Assembly (NCBI GenBank): GCA_040902265.1
Contig: JBBDXQ010000013.1
Coordinates: 1-49,307, forward strand
Length of the DNA stretch: 49,307 nucleotides
Source of the DNA: Anaerolineales bacterium
Lineage (GTDB): Bacteria; Chloroflexota; Anaerolineae; Anaerolineales; UBA11579
Direction of reading: 5' to 3'
Below the pieces are notes generated by a model, which was not told the origin of the DNA, ran no database searches, and was given only the letters and a program-made list of their open reading frames with translations. A program made the translations under genes and the position numbers. Of this stretch, positions 9,247 to 17,985 are shown in pieces; position 1 is the first letter of the stretch, and every line of letters starts with the position of its first letter.

Positions 9247-11154
9247 CTAAGATAAGCCGATTATTCTGCCTGTTTCTACATCCAAGTCGATGTCGAAGAA
9301 CACCGGCCGGGTTGATAACCCAGGCATCGTAGAGATTTCGCCTGCCAGCGGATAGAGGAAGCCGGCTCCGATCGCCGCCCGCAGATCACGCACAGGGATG
9401 CGGAAGCCCTTAGGCACGCCTTTTAGCGCTGGGTCGTGGCTGATGCTGAGCGGAGTTTTGGCCATACAGATGGGGAGGTGATCGTACCCGAGCTTGGTGT
9501 ATTGATCGATCTTCTCCTCTGCTTCTGGAGAATAATCCACCCCGTCTGCCCCATAAATTCTCTTGGCTATCCGTTCGATCTTCTCTTTGATGGAAAACTC
9601 CAGCGGATATGTAAATTCAAATTCACCGGGTTGGTCAGCTGCCTTAACTACTTCCTCGGCTAATGCGACCGCCCCTGCGCCACCATTTGCCCAATGGCTG
9701 GAAACAGCGGCTGAGGTAGCACCGGCATCCAGGGCTGCCTGGCGCACCATCTCGAGCTCGGCTTCAGAGTCTGTCGGGAATTGATTGACGGCCACCACCA
9801 CAGGTACACCGAAACCAACCGCGATGCCGATGTTGTGCCTTAGGTTTGGCAAACCTTTTTCGAGCATTTCCAGATTTTCTTCTGTATAGGCAGAATCCAG
9901 CGGTTTTCCGGCAACCACCTTCGGCCCGCCACCATGCATTTTTAAGGCACGGATCGTGGCAACTAGCACGATGACATCCGGTCTGAGTCCTGAATAGAGG
10001 CACTTGATGTCAGCAAATTTCTCCAAGCCGATATCGGCCCCAAATCCTGCTTCAGTGACCACGTAATCGGCAAGCTTCAAGGCGATACGGTCAGCGATGA
10101 TCGAGCTGTTGCCGTGTGCGATATTGGCAAAGGGACCCGCGTGCACGAAAACCGGCGTCCCTTCCAAAGTTTGCATAAGGGTTGGTTTAACCGCGTCGCG
10201 CATCAGGACGGCCATAGCTCCCGCTACGCCGAGATCATCAGCAGTTACTGGTTGGCCAGCTTTGCTCATGCCAATAACGATACGTCCAAAACGTTCCCGC
10301 ATATCGGCCAAGTCGCTGGACAACGCCAGGATCGCCATGACCTCGCTGGCCACGGTTATGTCAAAAGCCGAAGCCCGCGTCAGGGAAGCTTCGTCAGCCG
10401 GGTTGGCTAACAGCATCTTGCGTAGGAAGCGGTCATTGGTGTCGATCACTCGCTTCCAGGTTATGCTGTGGAAGTCGATATCCAAACGCACTAAAAGGCG
10501 GCGTTGCTCAGCGTCCAGCGCTTCAACATCATCCCCAAAACCCAACCGCTGCATGCGCCGGCGAATGGCTGGCGCAACTTTGCGCGGTGCCCCTTTTTTC
10601 TTGGGCATCAGGTGATCAAAAAGCTGCTTGTCGCTTTGGCGTGACTCATGAAACATACGCGCATCAATAGCTGCGGCCAACAGGTTGTTAGCAGCCGTGA
10701 TGGCGTGAATATCACCGGTCAGGTGAAGATTAAACTCTTCCATTGGCACGACCTGGCTATACCCACCCCCGGCGGCCCCGCCTTTAATGCCAAAGGTCGG
10801 TCCCTGGCTGGGTTGGCGAATACAGGCAAAACTATCCAGCCCCAAGTGTGCCCCTAAAGCCTGGGCAAGCCCGATAGTTGTCGTAGTTTTCCCCTCGCCA
10901 AGCGGCGTGGGTGTGATAGCGGTAACCAGGATGTATTTGCCTAGGTTTTCTTTTTCCAATCGACCCAGGACGCTCAGATTCACTTTTGCCTTTGTGGTCC
11001 CATACAGCTCGAGTTCCTCCTCAAGCAGCCCGGCCATTTCGGCGATATCCTGGATCGGCAATAGCTTGGCCTTTTGCGCGATTTCAATATCCGCAGGGAC
11101 TTTGCCGTTGTGCGAAACAACTCCCCCGGGGTGGTGATTGACTGGTTGGCTCAT
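9247..11154 (-). CDS. fhs: formate--tetrahydrofolate ligase (long, eukaryote-like form)
   Basis: 635 aa. P-loop [13 protein letters not shown] plus [15 protein letters not shown] and [11 protein letters not shown]. Carries an insertion of about 55 aa relative to short bacterial FTHFS. Confidence 0.95.
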   Translation of the reverse strand: MSQPVNHHPGGVVSHNGKVPADIEIAQKAKLLPIQDIAEMAGLLEEELELYGTTKAKVNLSVLGRLEKENLGKYILVTAITPTPLGEGKTTTTIGLAQALGAHLGLDSFACIRQPSQGPTFGIKGGAAGGGYSQVVPMEEFNLHLTGDIHAITAANNLLAAAIDARMFHESRQSDKQLFDHLMPKKKGAPRKVAPAIRRRMQRLGFGDDVEALDAEQRRLLVRLDIDFHSITWKRVIDTNDRFLRKMLLANPADEASLTRASAFDITVASEVMAILALSSDLADMRERFGRIVIGMSKAGQPVTADDLGVAGAMAVLMRDAVKPTLMQTLEGTPVFVHAGPFANIAHGNSSIIADRIALKLADYVVTEAGFGADIGLEKFADIKCLYSGLRPDVIVLVATIRALKMHGGGPKVVAGKPLDSAYTEENLEMLEKGLPNLRHNIGIAVGFGVPVVVAVNQFPTDSEAELEMVRQAALDAGATSAAVSSHWANGGAGAVALAEEVVKAADQPGEFEFTYPLEFSIKEKIERIAKRIYGADGVDYSPEAEEKIDQYTKLGYDHLPICMAKTPLSISHDPALKGVPKGFRIPVRDLRAAIGAGFLYPLAGEISTMPGLSTRPVFFDIDLDVETGRIIGLS

Positions 11155-11364
11155 TCTTTTCTTGGCCTCCAGTCTTATTATGTGGTCAAAGCAGTATGTG
11201 ACGAAAGGGACAAATGCCTCTCAGGGATTGGCTTTTCCCACCAAATAGTCCCCTGAGCAAGCAAGACGAGCCCCCTGTTCATCCCGCATTGTCTAGACCT
11301 TCGGCAAAACGAACCTAGCTTATCTGATTACATTTATATAGTTCCAAGACCACCCTTGAGAGTT

Positions 11365-12864
11365 TCAGGCGTTATGCCGGTTAAATGTCAATAATTTCAT
11401 TTCGCTCATCTCTTCAATAGCATAGCGCAACCCTTCCCTGCCCAATCCGGATTGTTTGACGCCGCCGTATGGCATGTGATCTATGCGGAAGGTGGATACG
11501 TCATTGACCATCAAGCCCCCAACCTCAATCTCATCGAACGCCTCCTGGACAATTTTCATATCCTTGGTGAATATACCTGCCTGCAGCCCAAACTGGCTGT
11601 ACCCCACATTCTTTATTGCCTGGTGAACATCCGTGTAGGGATAAAGACCGACGACAGGTCCAAAAGCTTCCTGGCAGGAGATGGTCATGGATTCTTGCAA
11701 AGAAGCAAGGATAGTGGGCGCAAATAGGGTTCCGTTGGGCGTTCCGCCGACCAGCACCTCAGCGCCGCCCAAGGTGGCTTCTCGCACCCAGCTTTCCAAG
11801 CGCTTCGTGGCGCTCATGTCAATCATCGGACCCACATCGGTTTTTTCATCCAGCGGATCGCCCAGCACCAACCCTTTGACCCGGTGCACCAGTTCACCGA
11901 CAAATTCTTCATAGACTTCTTGGGCAATATATACGCGCTGTACAGAAATGCAGGATTGGCCGGCGAAGGAGAACCCACCCCAGGCCACGCGTTCCGCCGC
12001 ATATTTGATATCCGCATCAGTATGCACGATTACGCCAGCGTTGCCACCTAGTTCCAAGGTCACGCGTTTCATACCGGCGCGGTTCTTGAGCGCCCAGCCC
12101 ACCGTTGGGCTGCCGGTAAAGGTGAGCAGCTTTATACGATGATCCTCGATCAGCGGACCAGCGTCACTGGTGGTCGAGGGCACCACAGCGAAACCGCCCT
12201 CAGGCCAGCCGGATTCGAGCACGATCTCACCCAAGGTCAGCGCGCTGACCGGAGTGGCGCTGGATGGACGCAAGATGATTGGGTTGCCGGCAGCCATGGC
12301 TGGGGCTGCTTTATGAGCCACTAAGTTCAGCGGAAAGTTGAATGGCGCTATTCCCGCAATGGGACCCAGGGGCACATGCATCACCTGGGCGACGCGGCCT
12401 TCATTACCCGGCAGCCAATCGAGGGGAACGATTTCCCCATAGATACGTTTTGATTCTTCGGAAGCGACCTGAAATGTGAAGGCGGCGCGATCCACTTCCA
12501 AGCGCGCCGTGCGGATAGGTTTGCCAGCCTCCAAAGCAATGGTGCGTGCCAAGTCTTCCCGGCGGGCCGTGATGCCTTGGCTGACCTTCATCAATACTTC
12601 GGCACGCTTCCAGGAAGGAAGCTTGCGCGTCAATTGAAAAACGTCGACCGCAACTGCAATCGCTTGCTCGATCTCTTTGGGGCCAGCGCGATGCACCACA
12701 GCCACAAGTGCATCATCATAAGGACTATGCACCTCAATTGCATCGCCGGTCTTCAGCCAAGTCCCGTTGACAAGTGCTCCGTATTCGCCCAGCTCCCCTT
12801 TCTTAGCTCCACCCTGCGCCTGGCGCGTCTCCGACCCGCGTAATCTGTTAGTACCTTCCATCAT
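11365..12864 (-). CDS. NAD(P)-dependent aldehyde dehydrogenase
   Basis: 499 aa. ALDH motifs are ELGGNAG, the catalytic Cys in FAGQSCISVQR, and FTGSPTVG. AAGGAG RBS lies before the ATG. Confidence 0.9.
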   Translation of the reverse strand: MMEGTNRLRGSETRQAQGGAKKGELGEYGALVNGTWLKTGDAIEVHSPYDDALVAVVHRAGPKEIEQAIAVAVDVFQLTRKLPSWKRAEVLMKVSQGITARREDLARTIALEAGKPIRTARLEVDRAAFTFQVASEESKRIYGEIVPLDWLPGNEGRVAQVMHVPLGPIAGIAPFNFPLNLVAHKAAPAMAAGNPIILRPSSATPVSALTLGEIVLESGWPEGGFAVVPSTTSDAGPLIEDHRIKLLTFTGSPTVGWALKNRAGMKRVTLELGGNAGVIVHTDADIKYAAERVAWGGFSFAGQSCISVQRVYIAQEVYEEFVGELVHRVKGLVLGDPLDEKTDVGPMIDMSATKRLESWVREATLGGAEVLVGGTPNGTLFAPTILASLQESMTISCQEAFGPVVGLYPYTDVHQAIKNVGYSQFGLQAGIFTKDMKIVQEAFDEIEVGGLMVNDVSTFRIDHMPYGGVKQSGLGREGLRYAIEEMSEMKLLTFNRHNA

Positions 12865-13273
12865 TGCTCCTTGTATCCCAAACAGGGCCTGGTTAAATAT
12901 TTCACCAAGTGTCCCAGCAATTGGACCATTATTTTATCTTCGAAAAAGCTACGGGTGTTGCGCAGACTAAAATCGCCGGCTTCTCCTCGGGTGACCATCC
13001 GCCCGCCTTATTCTTGCCTGCCCAGTCCCGGCCGATCATCGAATTGCAAAGCGGCGCAACCTGGGTGGTCCTAATCTCCGACTAGAAAAGTAAAAATTAC
13101 TTTGGGGGAATAAATCTTGTTGACCGTATAGCATTTTCCTATACCCAGCCATAGATAAATATAGAAGCTGCAGGGACAATCTGCCCTACTGGCGTTGTCG
13201 GTCTGCGCATATAGTCAAGCTAGCTCTTGATAAAGCCCAAACGCAAATAAACCCGGGTCAAGGGAGCAAACTT

Positions 13274-13603
13274 ATGGATGAGCTCATGCTTGCACGCGCT
13301 ACACGACAGGCAGCCCGTTGCCGTCTTTTAGGCAATGCCTGCCGATTGCAGATCCTTTGGAGCCTGTCCAATGGAGAGTTGTCCGTCAATGAAATCGCTA
13401 CCCGTGTGGGTGGCTCTCTTCAAAATGTGTCCCAGCACCTCAGCCTGCTCAAAGAGCATAAGTTGATCAGCTCGCGCCGGGATGGCCGCCATATCTACTA
13501 TCACATCAACGATTCTGAATGGCTGAGCAGCTGCATTGCCACATCGCGTATCTCAGGCGAGCGCCTGGAACATATCGAATTTCCCACACTTATCGGAGGA
13601 TGA
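13274..13603 (+). CDS. ArsR/SmtB-family winged-helix transcriptional regulator
   Basis: 109 aa with HTH LSVNEIATRVGGSLQNVSQHLSLLKEHKLI and wing RRDGRHIYYHI. It is the first gene of the sulfur/redox operon. Confidence 0.85.
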   Translation: MDELMLARATRQAARCRLLGNACRLQILWSLSNGELSVNEIATRVGGSLQNVSQHLSLLKEHKLISSRRDGRHIYYHINDSEWLSSCIATSRISGERLEHIEFPTLIGG

Positions 13604-13606
13604 AAA

Positions 13607-13861
13607 ATGACCACCCTAGATCTAACCACCCTTTCTGTGGCAAAAGTTGTCGATGCTCGTGCCATGTCCTGCCCCGGCCCTTTGCTTGAAGCGAAGAAAG
13701 CAATCGGCACGGTAAAGGTCGGCGAAGTGCTCGAGATTTGGTCCGGCGATGCGAACACCAAGGTAGACCTGCCGCGCTGGTGCCAGAAAGTCGGGCATGA
13801 ATTCCTGGGCTTTGATCCTGGCGAAGGTTATGAGCGCCTGTATGTGCGCCGCTTGAAGTAA
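13607..13861 (+). CDS. tusA: TusA/SirA-family sulfur carrier protein
   Basis: 84 aa with the CPGP active-site motif (ARAMSCPGPLLEAKK). Strong GGAGGA RBS. Starts 3 nt after arsR. Confidence 0.85.
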   Translation: MTTLDLTTLSVAKVVDARAMSCPGPLLEAKKAIGTVKVGEVLEIWSGDANTKVDLPRWCQKVGHEFLGFDPGEGYERLYVRRLK

Positions 13862-13888
13862 CCAACGTCCACCTCTGGAGAGCCACCG

Positions 13889-14338
13889 CTGCACGCCACT
13901 GCTCAGAAACGAGAGCCTAAGATCCTAATCCTGGGAACTTTTTCAGGAGGCTATGCCGGAGCCAACACGACCGGCCAGGCTCATGCTGAATACCCGGCGA
14001 ATACATACATCCTGCCGGTGGTTTGCCCGGTTCTGTTTCCGCCTGAGTTCTACTTGCGGGCTTTCAACAAAGGCATTGACGGCATCATCGTCATGTATAG
14101 CGGTACGGATAGCCCCTTCTCGGTAGAAGCGGATGGTACCTCCAAGCTGATCACCGCCAGCTACGGCTTGATGAAGGAACACGGCCTGGATATTCGCCGC
14201 CTGCGCCTCGCCGCTATCTGCACAGTGTGCGTCAAACCCTTCCTAAAGGAAGTCAACCAAATGAACACGCTACTTAACGAGATCGGCTTTGCCAAGGACG
14301 AATTGATGAAAATAGCCGTACCGGCGGTGGCCGCGTGA
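13889..14338 (+). CDS. MvhD/FlpD-like protein (cysteine-depleted); start uncertain
   Basis: MvhD-like similarity (KILILGTFSGGYAGANTTG...YPANTYILPVVCP...FYLRAFNKGIDGIIV) begins upstream of the first canonical start, GTG 14018. CTG 13889 has GGAGAG 8 nt upstream. The 3' end overlaps the next gene (GTGA). Confidence 0.6.
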   Translation: MHATAQKREPKILILGTFSGGYAGANTTGQAHAEYPANTYILPVVCPVLFPPEFYLRAFNKGIDGIIVMYSGTDSPFSVEADGTSKLITASYGLMKEHGLDIRRLRLAAICTVCVKPFLKEVNQMNTLLNEIGFAKDELMKIAVPAVAA

Positions 14339-15666
14339 GCGCCCAGCACTTCGATGCGCTGGTAGTGGGCGGCGGTATTGCCGGCTTGCAGACTGCAGTC
14401 GACCTTGCGGATCAAGGCTTCCAAGTGGCACTAGTAGAGCGTGAGCCCAGCGTGGGTGGCAAGATGATCGTTCTCAGTAAGGTCTTCCCCACCCTGGACT
14501 GCGGCAGCTGCATCACCACTCCCAAAATGGCCGCCGTCGCGCACCATCCCAACATCCAGTTGTTCACCTATTGTGAGGTGCAATCCATCCGCAAGAAAGG
14601 CGCTGGTTCCGTGGCCACTGTGCTGCAAAAGCCGCGCTACGTAGACGGGGCCAAGTGCACCGGGTGCCGTTTGTGCGAATACGCCTGCCCCATCACCATA
14701 GCGAACGAATTCGACCAGAATCTAGGCGCTTACCGCGCCATCCGCGTTCCTTTCTCCACTGCGGTTCCCCAAACTGCTGTGATGGATGCTGATAACTGCC
14801 TTTTCTGCGGGAAATGTGAAACGGTGTGCCCGGTGGACGCGATCGACTTCAACCAGAAGCCAGAGACCTTCACCATCCAGGCGACCGCGGTAATCCTGGC
14901 AACGGGTTTCAAACTGACACCGATGGATGCCAAGAAGGAATACAACGCCGCCAAGCTGCACAATGTGATCGATCCTCTGATGATGGAGCGCTTGCTGGCG
15001 CCAACAGGGCCATACGGCCGCATCCTGCGGCCTGGAGATGGCAAAGAGCCGACCTCGATTGCTTACGTGCAATGCGCCGGCTCACGAGATGCGAGCCTGG
15101 GCGTGGAATATTGCTCCCGAGTGTGCTGCATGTACGCCATCAAACAGGCCATGCTGCTCAACGGCGCCCTGCCTCTGGCAGACGTGACCCTTTACTACAT
15201 GGACATCCGTACCTTCGGCAAAGGGTACGAACAGTTCTATCAGAACGCCAAGGCCATGGGCGTGAACTTCGTGCGCGGCAAGGTAGCCGCTATCCGCGAG
15301 GATGAAAACCAGGATCCCATTGTGAAGGTGGAACTAATCGAGGAAGGCCGTGTAGAGGAGCGCACTCACGACCTGGTGGTCCTTTCCCTGGGCATGCTCC
15401 CCGCCGAGGATCTTTCCCTCGATCTAGGCAACTCACGTGGGCAGGATGGCTTTGTGCACATTCCCAACCCGAATGCCAACGCCAACGCCACCGACCAACC
15501 AGGAGTTTTTTCCACCGGCACCGCCATGGGGCCGATGGATATTGTGGACAGTATCGTTACAGCCAGCGCGGCTGCCTCCGCCGCTTCGGCCTATATTCGT
15601 GAATTTGGCGAGACGCCTTTTGTGGCCGAGCCAACAGAACCCCATAAGGAAGCCGTCTATGCCTGA
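14335..15666 (+). CDS. HdrA-like FAD/FeS oxidoreductase, QmoA-like
   Basis: 443 aa. FAD fold (VVGGGIAGLQTA), HdrA-type Cys motifs (TLDCGSC, YCSRVCC) and two ferredoxin CX2CX2CX3CP motifs. Confidence 0.85.
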   Translation: MSAQHFDALVVGGGIAGLQTAVDLADQGFQVALVEREPSVGGKMIVLSKVFPTLDCGSCITTPKMAAVAHHPNIQLFTYCEVQSIRKKGAGSVATVLQKPRYVDGAKCTGCRLCEYACPITIANEFDQNLGAYRAIRVPFSTAVPQTAVMDADNCLFCGKCETVCPVDAIDFNQKPETFTIQATAVILATGFKLTPMDAKKEYNAAKLHNVIDPLMMERLLAPTGPYGRILRPGDGKEPTSIAYVQCAGSRDASLGVEYCSRVCCMYAIKQAMLLNGALPLADVTLYYMDIRTFGKGYEQFYQNAKAMGVNFVRGKVAAIREDENQDPIVKVELIEEGRVEERTHDLVVLSLGMLPAEDLSLDLGNSRGQDGFVHIPNPNANANATDQPGVFSTGTAMGPMDIVDSIVTASAAASAASAYIREFGETPFVAEPTEPHKEAVYA

Positions 15667-17689
15667 GTCAAAGCAGCCACAAGACGAACTGCGCATTGGC
15701 GTCTATACCTGCTACTGCGGGGGGAATATCAGCGGTGTGGTCAATTGCGACAAAGTAGCCCAGGCAATGGGCAAACAATCGGGCGTGGTGGTTTCTCGCA
15801 CTGACATCTCCATGTGCTCGAGCGTAGGACAGGCCTTGATAGAAAACGACATCAAGGAATTGGGCATCAACCGAGTCGTTGTTGGGGCTTGCGCCCCTGC
15901 TTTGCACGAGCAGACCTTCCGCGGCGCAGTTACCCGCGCCGGCCTGAACCCATATTTGTATAACCATGTGGGTTTGCGTGAGCAGGCATCCTGGGCACAT
16001 CCACACGAGCCTGAAGCTGCCACCGAAAAGTCCATGCACCTGATGGCAGCCGGGATCGCCAAGGCTCGCTTGCTGGATCCCCTGGAGCCGATCCGCTTGG
16101 AAGCCAAGAAGCAGGCGCTGGTCATTGGCGGCGGGGTATCCGGGTTACGTGCAGCCCTGGATATGGCGCGGCAGGGCTTGGGTGTCATCGTGTTGGAAAA
16201 AGCTCCCTTCCTTGGCGGGCGTGTACCGCAACTTCACAAGACGTTTCCGAATCAAGACCCGGCCATCACTTTGGTCAATAACTTGATCCATGAAGTTAGC
16301 ACCCATCCTAAAATCACCATCTTTACCCAGGCCGAGATCGACGGCGTAAGCGGGTATGTAGGTAACTATTCCGTGCAGGTGCGCCAGCACAGCCGCGGGG
16401 TTAGCGCGGAGCGCGCTGAAGCCGTGATGGCAGCCAGCATGCAGGAAGTGCCAGATCCCTTCAATTACGGACTGACTCAGCGAAAGGTCGTCTACCGACC
16501 TTATGAAGGCAGTTATCCCCCCACCCCTGCAGTGGATTGGGAAAACTATGATGGCAACCCCATCCAAGTGGATGGGTATTCTGCGAAGTTGATCGATGAA
16601 ACGCAGTCTTTCGATCTCAGCGTAGGCGCCATCGTGGTGGCTACCGGCTTTGATCCTTACACCCCGCGCACTGGGGAGTACGGGTACGGTGAGTTGGCTG
16701 AAGTGGCCACTTTACCCCAACTGGTCAGGCATTTGGTCCTCCAGAAAGAAGCCAAGCAACTTTCCTGGAACGGAAAACATGTGCGCTCCCTGGCGCTGAT
16801 CCATTGTGTGGGCAGCCGTGAAATCGAAGGTCTGGATGAAGCACAGGCTGACGGGAATGTGAACAATTATTGCTCGCGAGTGTGCTGCTCTGCTGTGCTG
16901 CAAGCCTGCGGTGAACTGCATGAACAATTTCCCGAGCTGACTATCTACGACCTGCACCAGGACATCCGCACCTACGGCCGTGGCCACGAGCAACTCTATT
17001 ACAGCGCACTTGAAAACGGCGTGCGTTTCCTGCGCTTCGCCGGTGAAGAGCGACCCACAGTCAGTGCCGCGCCGGAGGACGACGACTACCCCATCCTGGT
17101 GAAGGTGAATGACCTGCTGACCCAGCATGAGGAAATCGAGATCGGCGTGGACCTGGTGGTGCTGGCCGTCGGCATGCAGCCCCGCGAAATCGACCAATTG
17201 GTGAAGATGCTGAAGATCACGCGGGGCGAAGACCGCTTCCTGTTGGAAGTACATCCCAAACTGCGACCCGTGGAAACAGCAATGAACGGCATCGTTTTGG
17301 CCGGCACAGCCCAAGGACCCATGAATATCAATGAGAGCCTGCTGGCAGCCTCTGCTGCAGCCGCCAAGGTCAGCTCGCTGCTTGGCCAAGGCTACGTCGA
17401 GCTGCCGCCCTTTGTTGCCAGCGTGAATACAGACCTGTGCACTGGCAGCGGGGCTTGCGTAAAGGTATGTGAATATGAAGGCGCGCTGAGCCTGCAAACC
17501 TTGGTGGAAGATGGCAAGGAAGTCACTCACGCGATAGTCACCCCGGCTAACTGTACAGGCTGCGGCGCATGTGTAGCTGCTTGCCCTAATGGCGCCATCG
17601 ACATCATGGGCTGGACCCTGGGCCAATACGATGCCATGGTGGACGCCATTGCCATGGAAATTCCCGTCAGCGAGGAGATCGCCCAATGA
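15659..17689 (+). CDS. HdrA-type FAD/FeS oxidoreductase, QmoB-like (lacking a fused MvhD domain)
   Basis: 676 aa from ATG 15659, overlapping the upstream stop by 8 nt. HdrA N-terminal Cys domain (YTCYCGGN...MCS), FAD fold (IGGGVSGLRAA), YCSRVCC, and two C-terminal CX2CX2CX3C motifs. The 750-aa track ORF extends upstream into the previous gene. Confidence 0.85.
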   Translation: MPESKQPQDELRIGVYTCYCGGNISGVVNCDKVAQAMGKQSGVVVSRTDISMCSSVGQALIENDIKELGINRVVVGACAPALHEQTFRGAVTRAGLNPYLYNHVGLREQASWAHPHEPEAATEKSMHLMAAGIAKARLLDPLEPIRLEAKKQALVIGGGVSGLRAALDMARQGLGVIVLEKAPFLGGRVPQLHKTFPNQDPAITLVNNLIHEVSTHPKITIFTQAEIDGVSGYVGNYSVQVRQHSRGVSAERAEAVMAASMQEVPDPFNYGLTQRKVVYRPYEGSYPPTPAVDWENYDGNPIQVDGYSAKLIDETQSFDLSVGAIVVATGFDPYTPRTGEYGYGELAEVATLPQLVRHLVLQKEAKQLSWNGKHVRSLALIHCVGSREIEGLDEAQADGNVNNYCSRVCCSAVLQACGELHEQFPELTIYDLHQDIRTYGRGHEQLYYSALENGVRFLRFAGEERPTVSAAPEDDDYPILVKVNDLLTQHEEIEIGVDLVVLAVGMQPREIDQLVKMLKITRGEDRFLLEVHPKLRPVETAMNGIVLAGTAQGPMNINESLLAASAAAAKVSSLLGQGYVELPPFVASVNTDLCTGSGACVKVCEYEGALSLQTLVEDGKEVTHAIVTPANCTGCGACVAACPNGAIDIMGWTLGQYDAMVDAIAMEIPVSEEIAQ

Positions 17690-17985
17690 CCAGCCAAGCA
17701 GATAAGAAGGCGCGCAGCGAACTGCTGAAACAGCTGCGAGAAACCCATGCGGCGACTCTTTCCCACACGCAGGAGTTACTGAAATCGCAGAAGCAGATCC
17801 AGCAAGGCATCAGCAAGGCCATCGAGGAGCAGCCTCGCAGCGTGCCTGAGGTAGCCGCAGCCACCGGAATTGCCAGCGAGACAGTGCTGTGGTGGCTTTG
17901 CACCATGAAGAAATACGGCCTGATCGCAGAAGAGGGTATGCAAAACGATTATCCCCTCTACAAGCTGGTCGAGGAGAAGAAATGA
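17686..17985 (+). CDS. small coiled-coil + winged-helix-like protein of unknown function
   Basis: 99 aa. ATGA overlaps at both ends couple it to the flanking redox genes. The C-terminal part (SVPEVAAATGIASETVLWWLCTMKKYGLIAEEG...YKL) looks like a wHTH. Confidence 0.5.
   Translation: MTSQADKKARSELLKQLRETHAATLSHTQELLKSQKQIQQGISKAIEEQPRSVPEVAAATGIASETVLWWLCTMKKYGLIAEEGMQNDYPLYKLVEEKK

Noticed and set aside
11155-11364. A riboswitch (ZTP/pfl or THF) in the 210-nt leader of fhs.
   Set aside because: I read the minus-strand leader and found only a generic hairpin (TCAGGGGA...TCCCTGA). I could not recognise the ZTP (GGGTCGTGACTGGCG...CCGCCTGGGCA) or THF consensus. A covariance-model scan would be needed for a definitive answer.
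13859-13861. Possible TusA-MvhD-like fusion by read-through of the in-frame TAA.
   Set aside because: TAA read-through or recoding has no supporting signal here. A separate initiation (CTG 13889 with a good SD) is the simpler explanation. It is kept only as a note in the findings.
15437-15658. Upstream extension of the QmoB-like ORF (the track gives 750 aa).
   Set aside because: The extra 74 codons overlap the end of the QmoA-like gene and encode Pro/Thr-rich junk. ATG 15659 starts the conserved HdrA N-terminus (RIGVYTCYCGGN) and forms a typical overlapping junction.
16712-17686. 324-aa minus-strand ORF antisense to the QmoB-like gene. Similar long antisense or out-of-frame ORFs occur at 18576-19601(-), 19142-19747(-), 20175-20747(-), 20627-21178(-), 36216-36890(+), 45378-46241(+), 47079-47849(+) and 5437-6033(-).
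   Set aside because: They lie fully inside well-supported genes on the other strand or frame. Their composition is His/Gly/Arg/Pro-rich and low in complexity, with no motifs. This is the typical stop-codon-poor artefact of high-GC DNA.
17889-17981. Upstream extension of the QmoC-like ORF (the track gives 418 aa).
   Set aside because: It overlaps the 99-aa ORF in another frame. ATG 17982 gives an ATGA junction, and the FeS domain starts shortly after.
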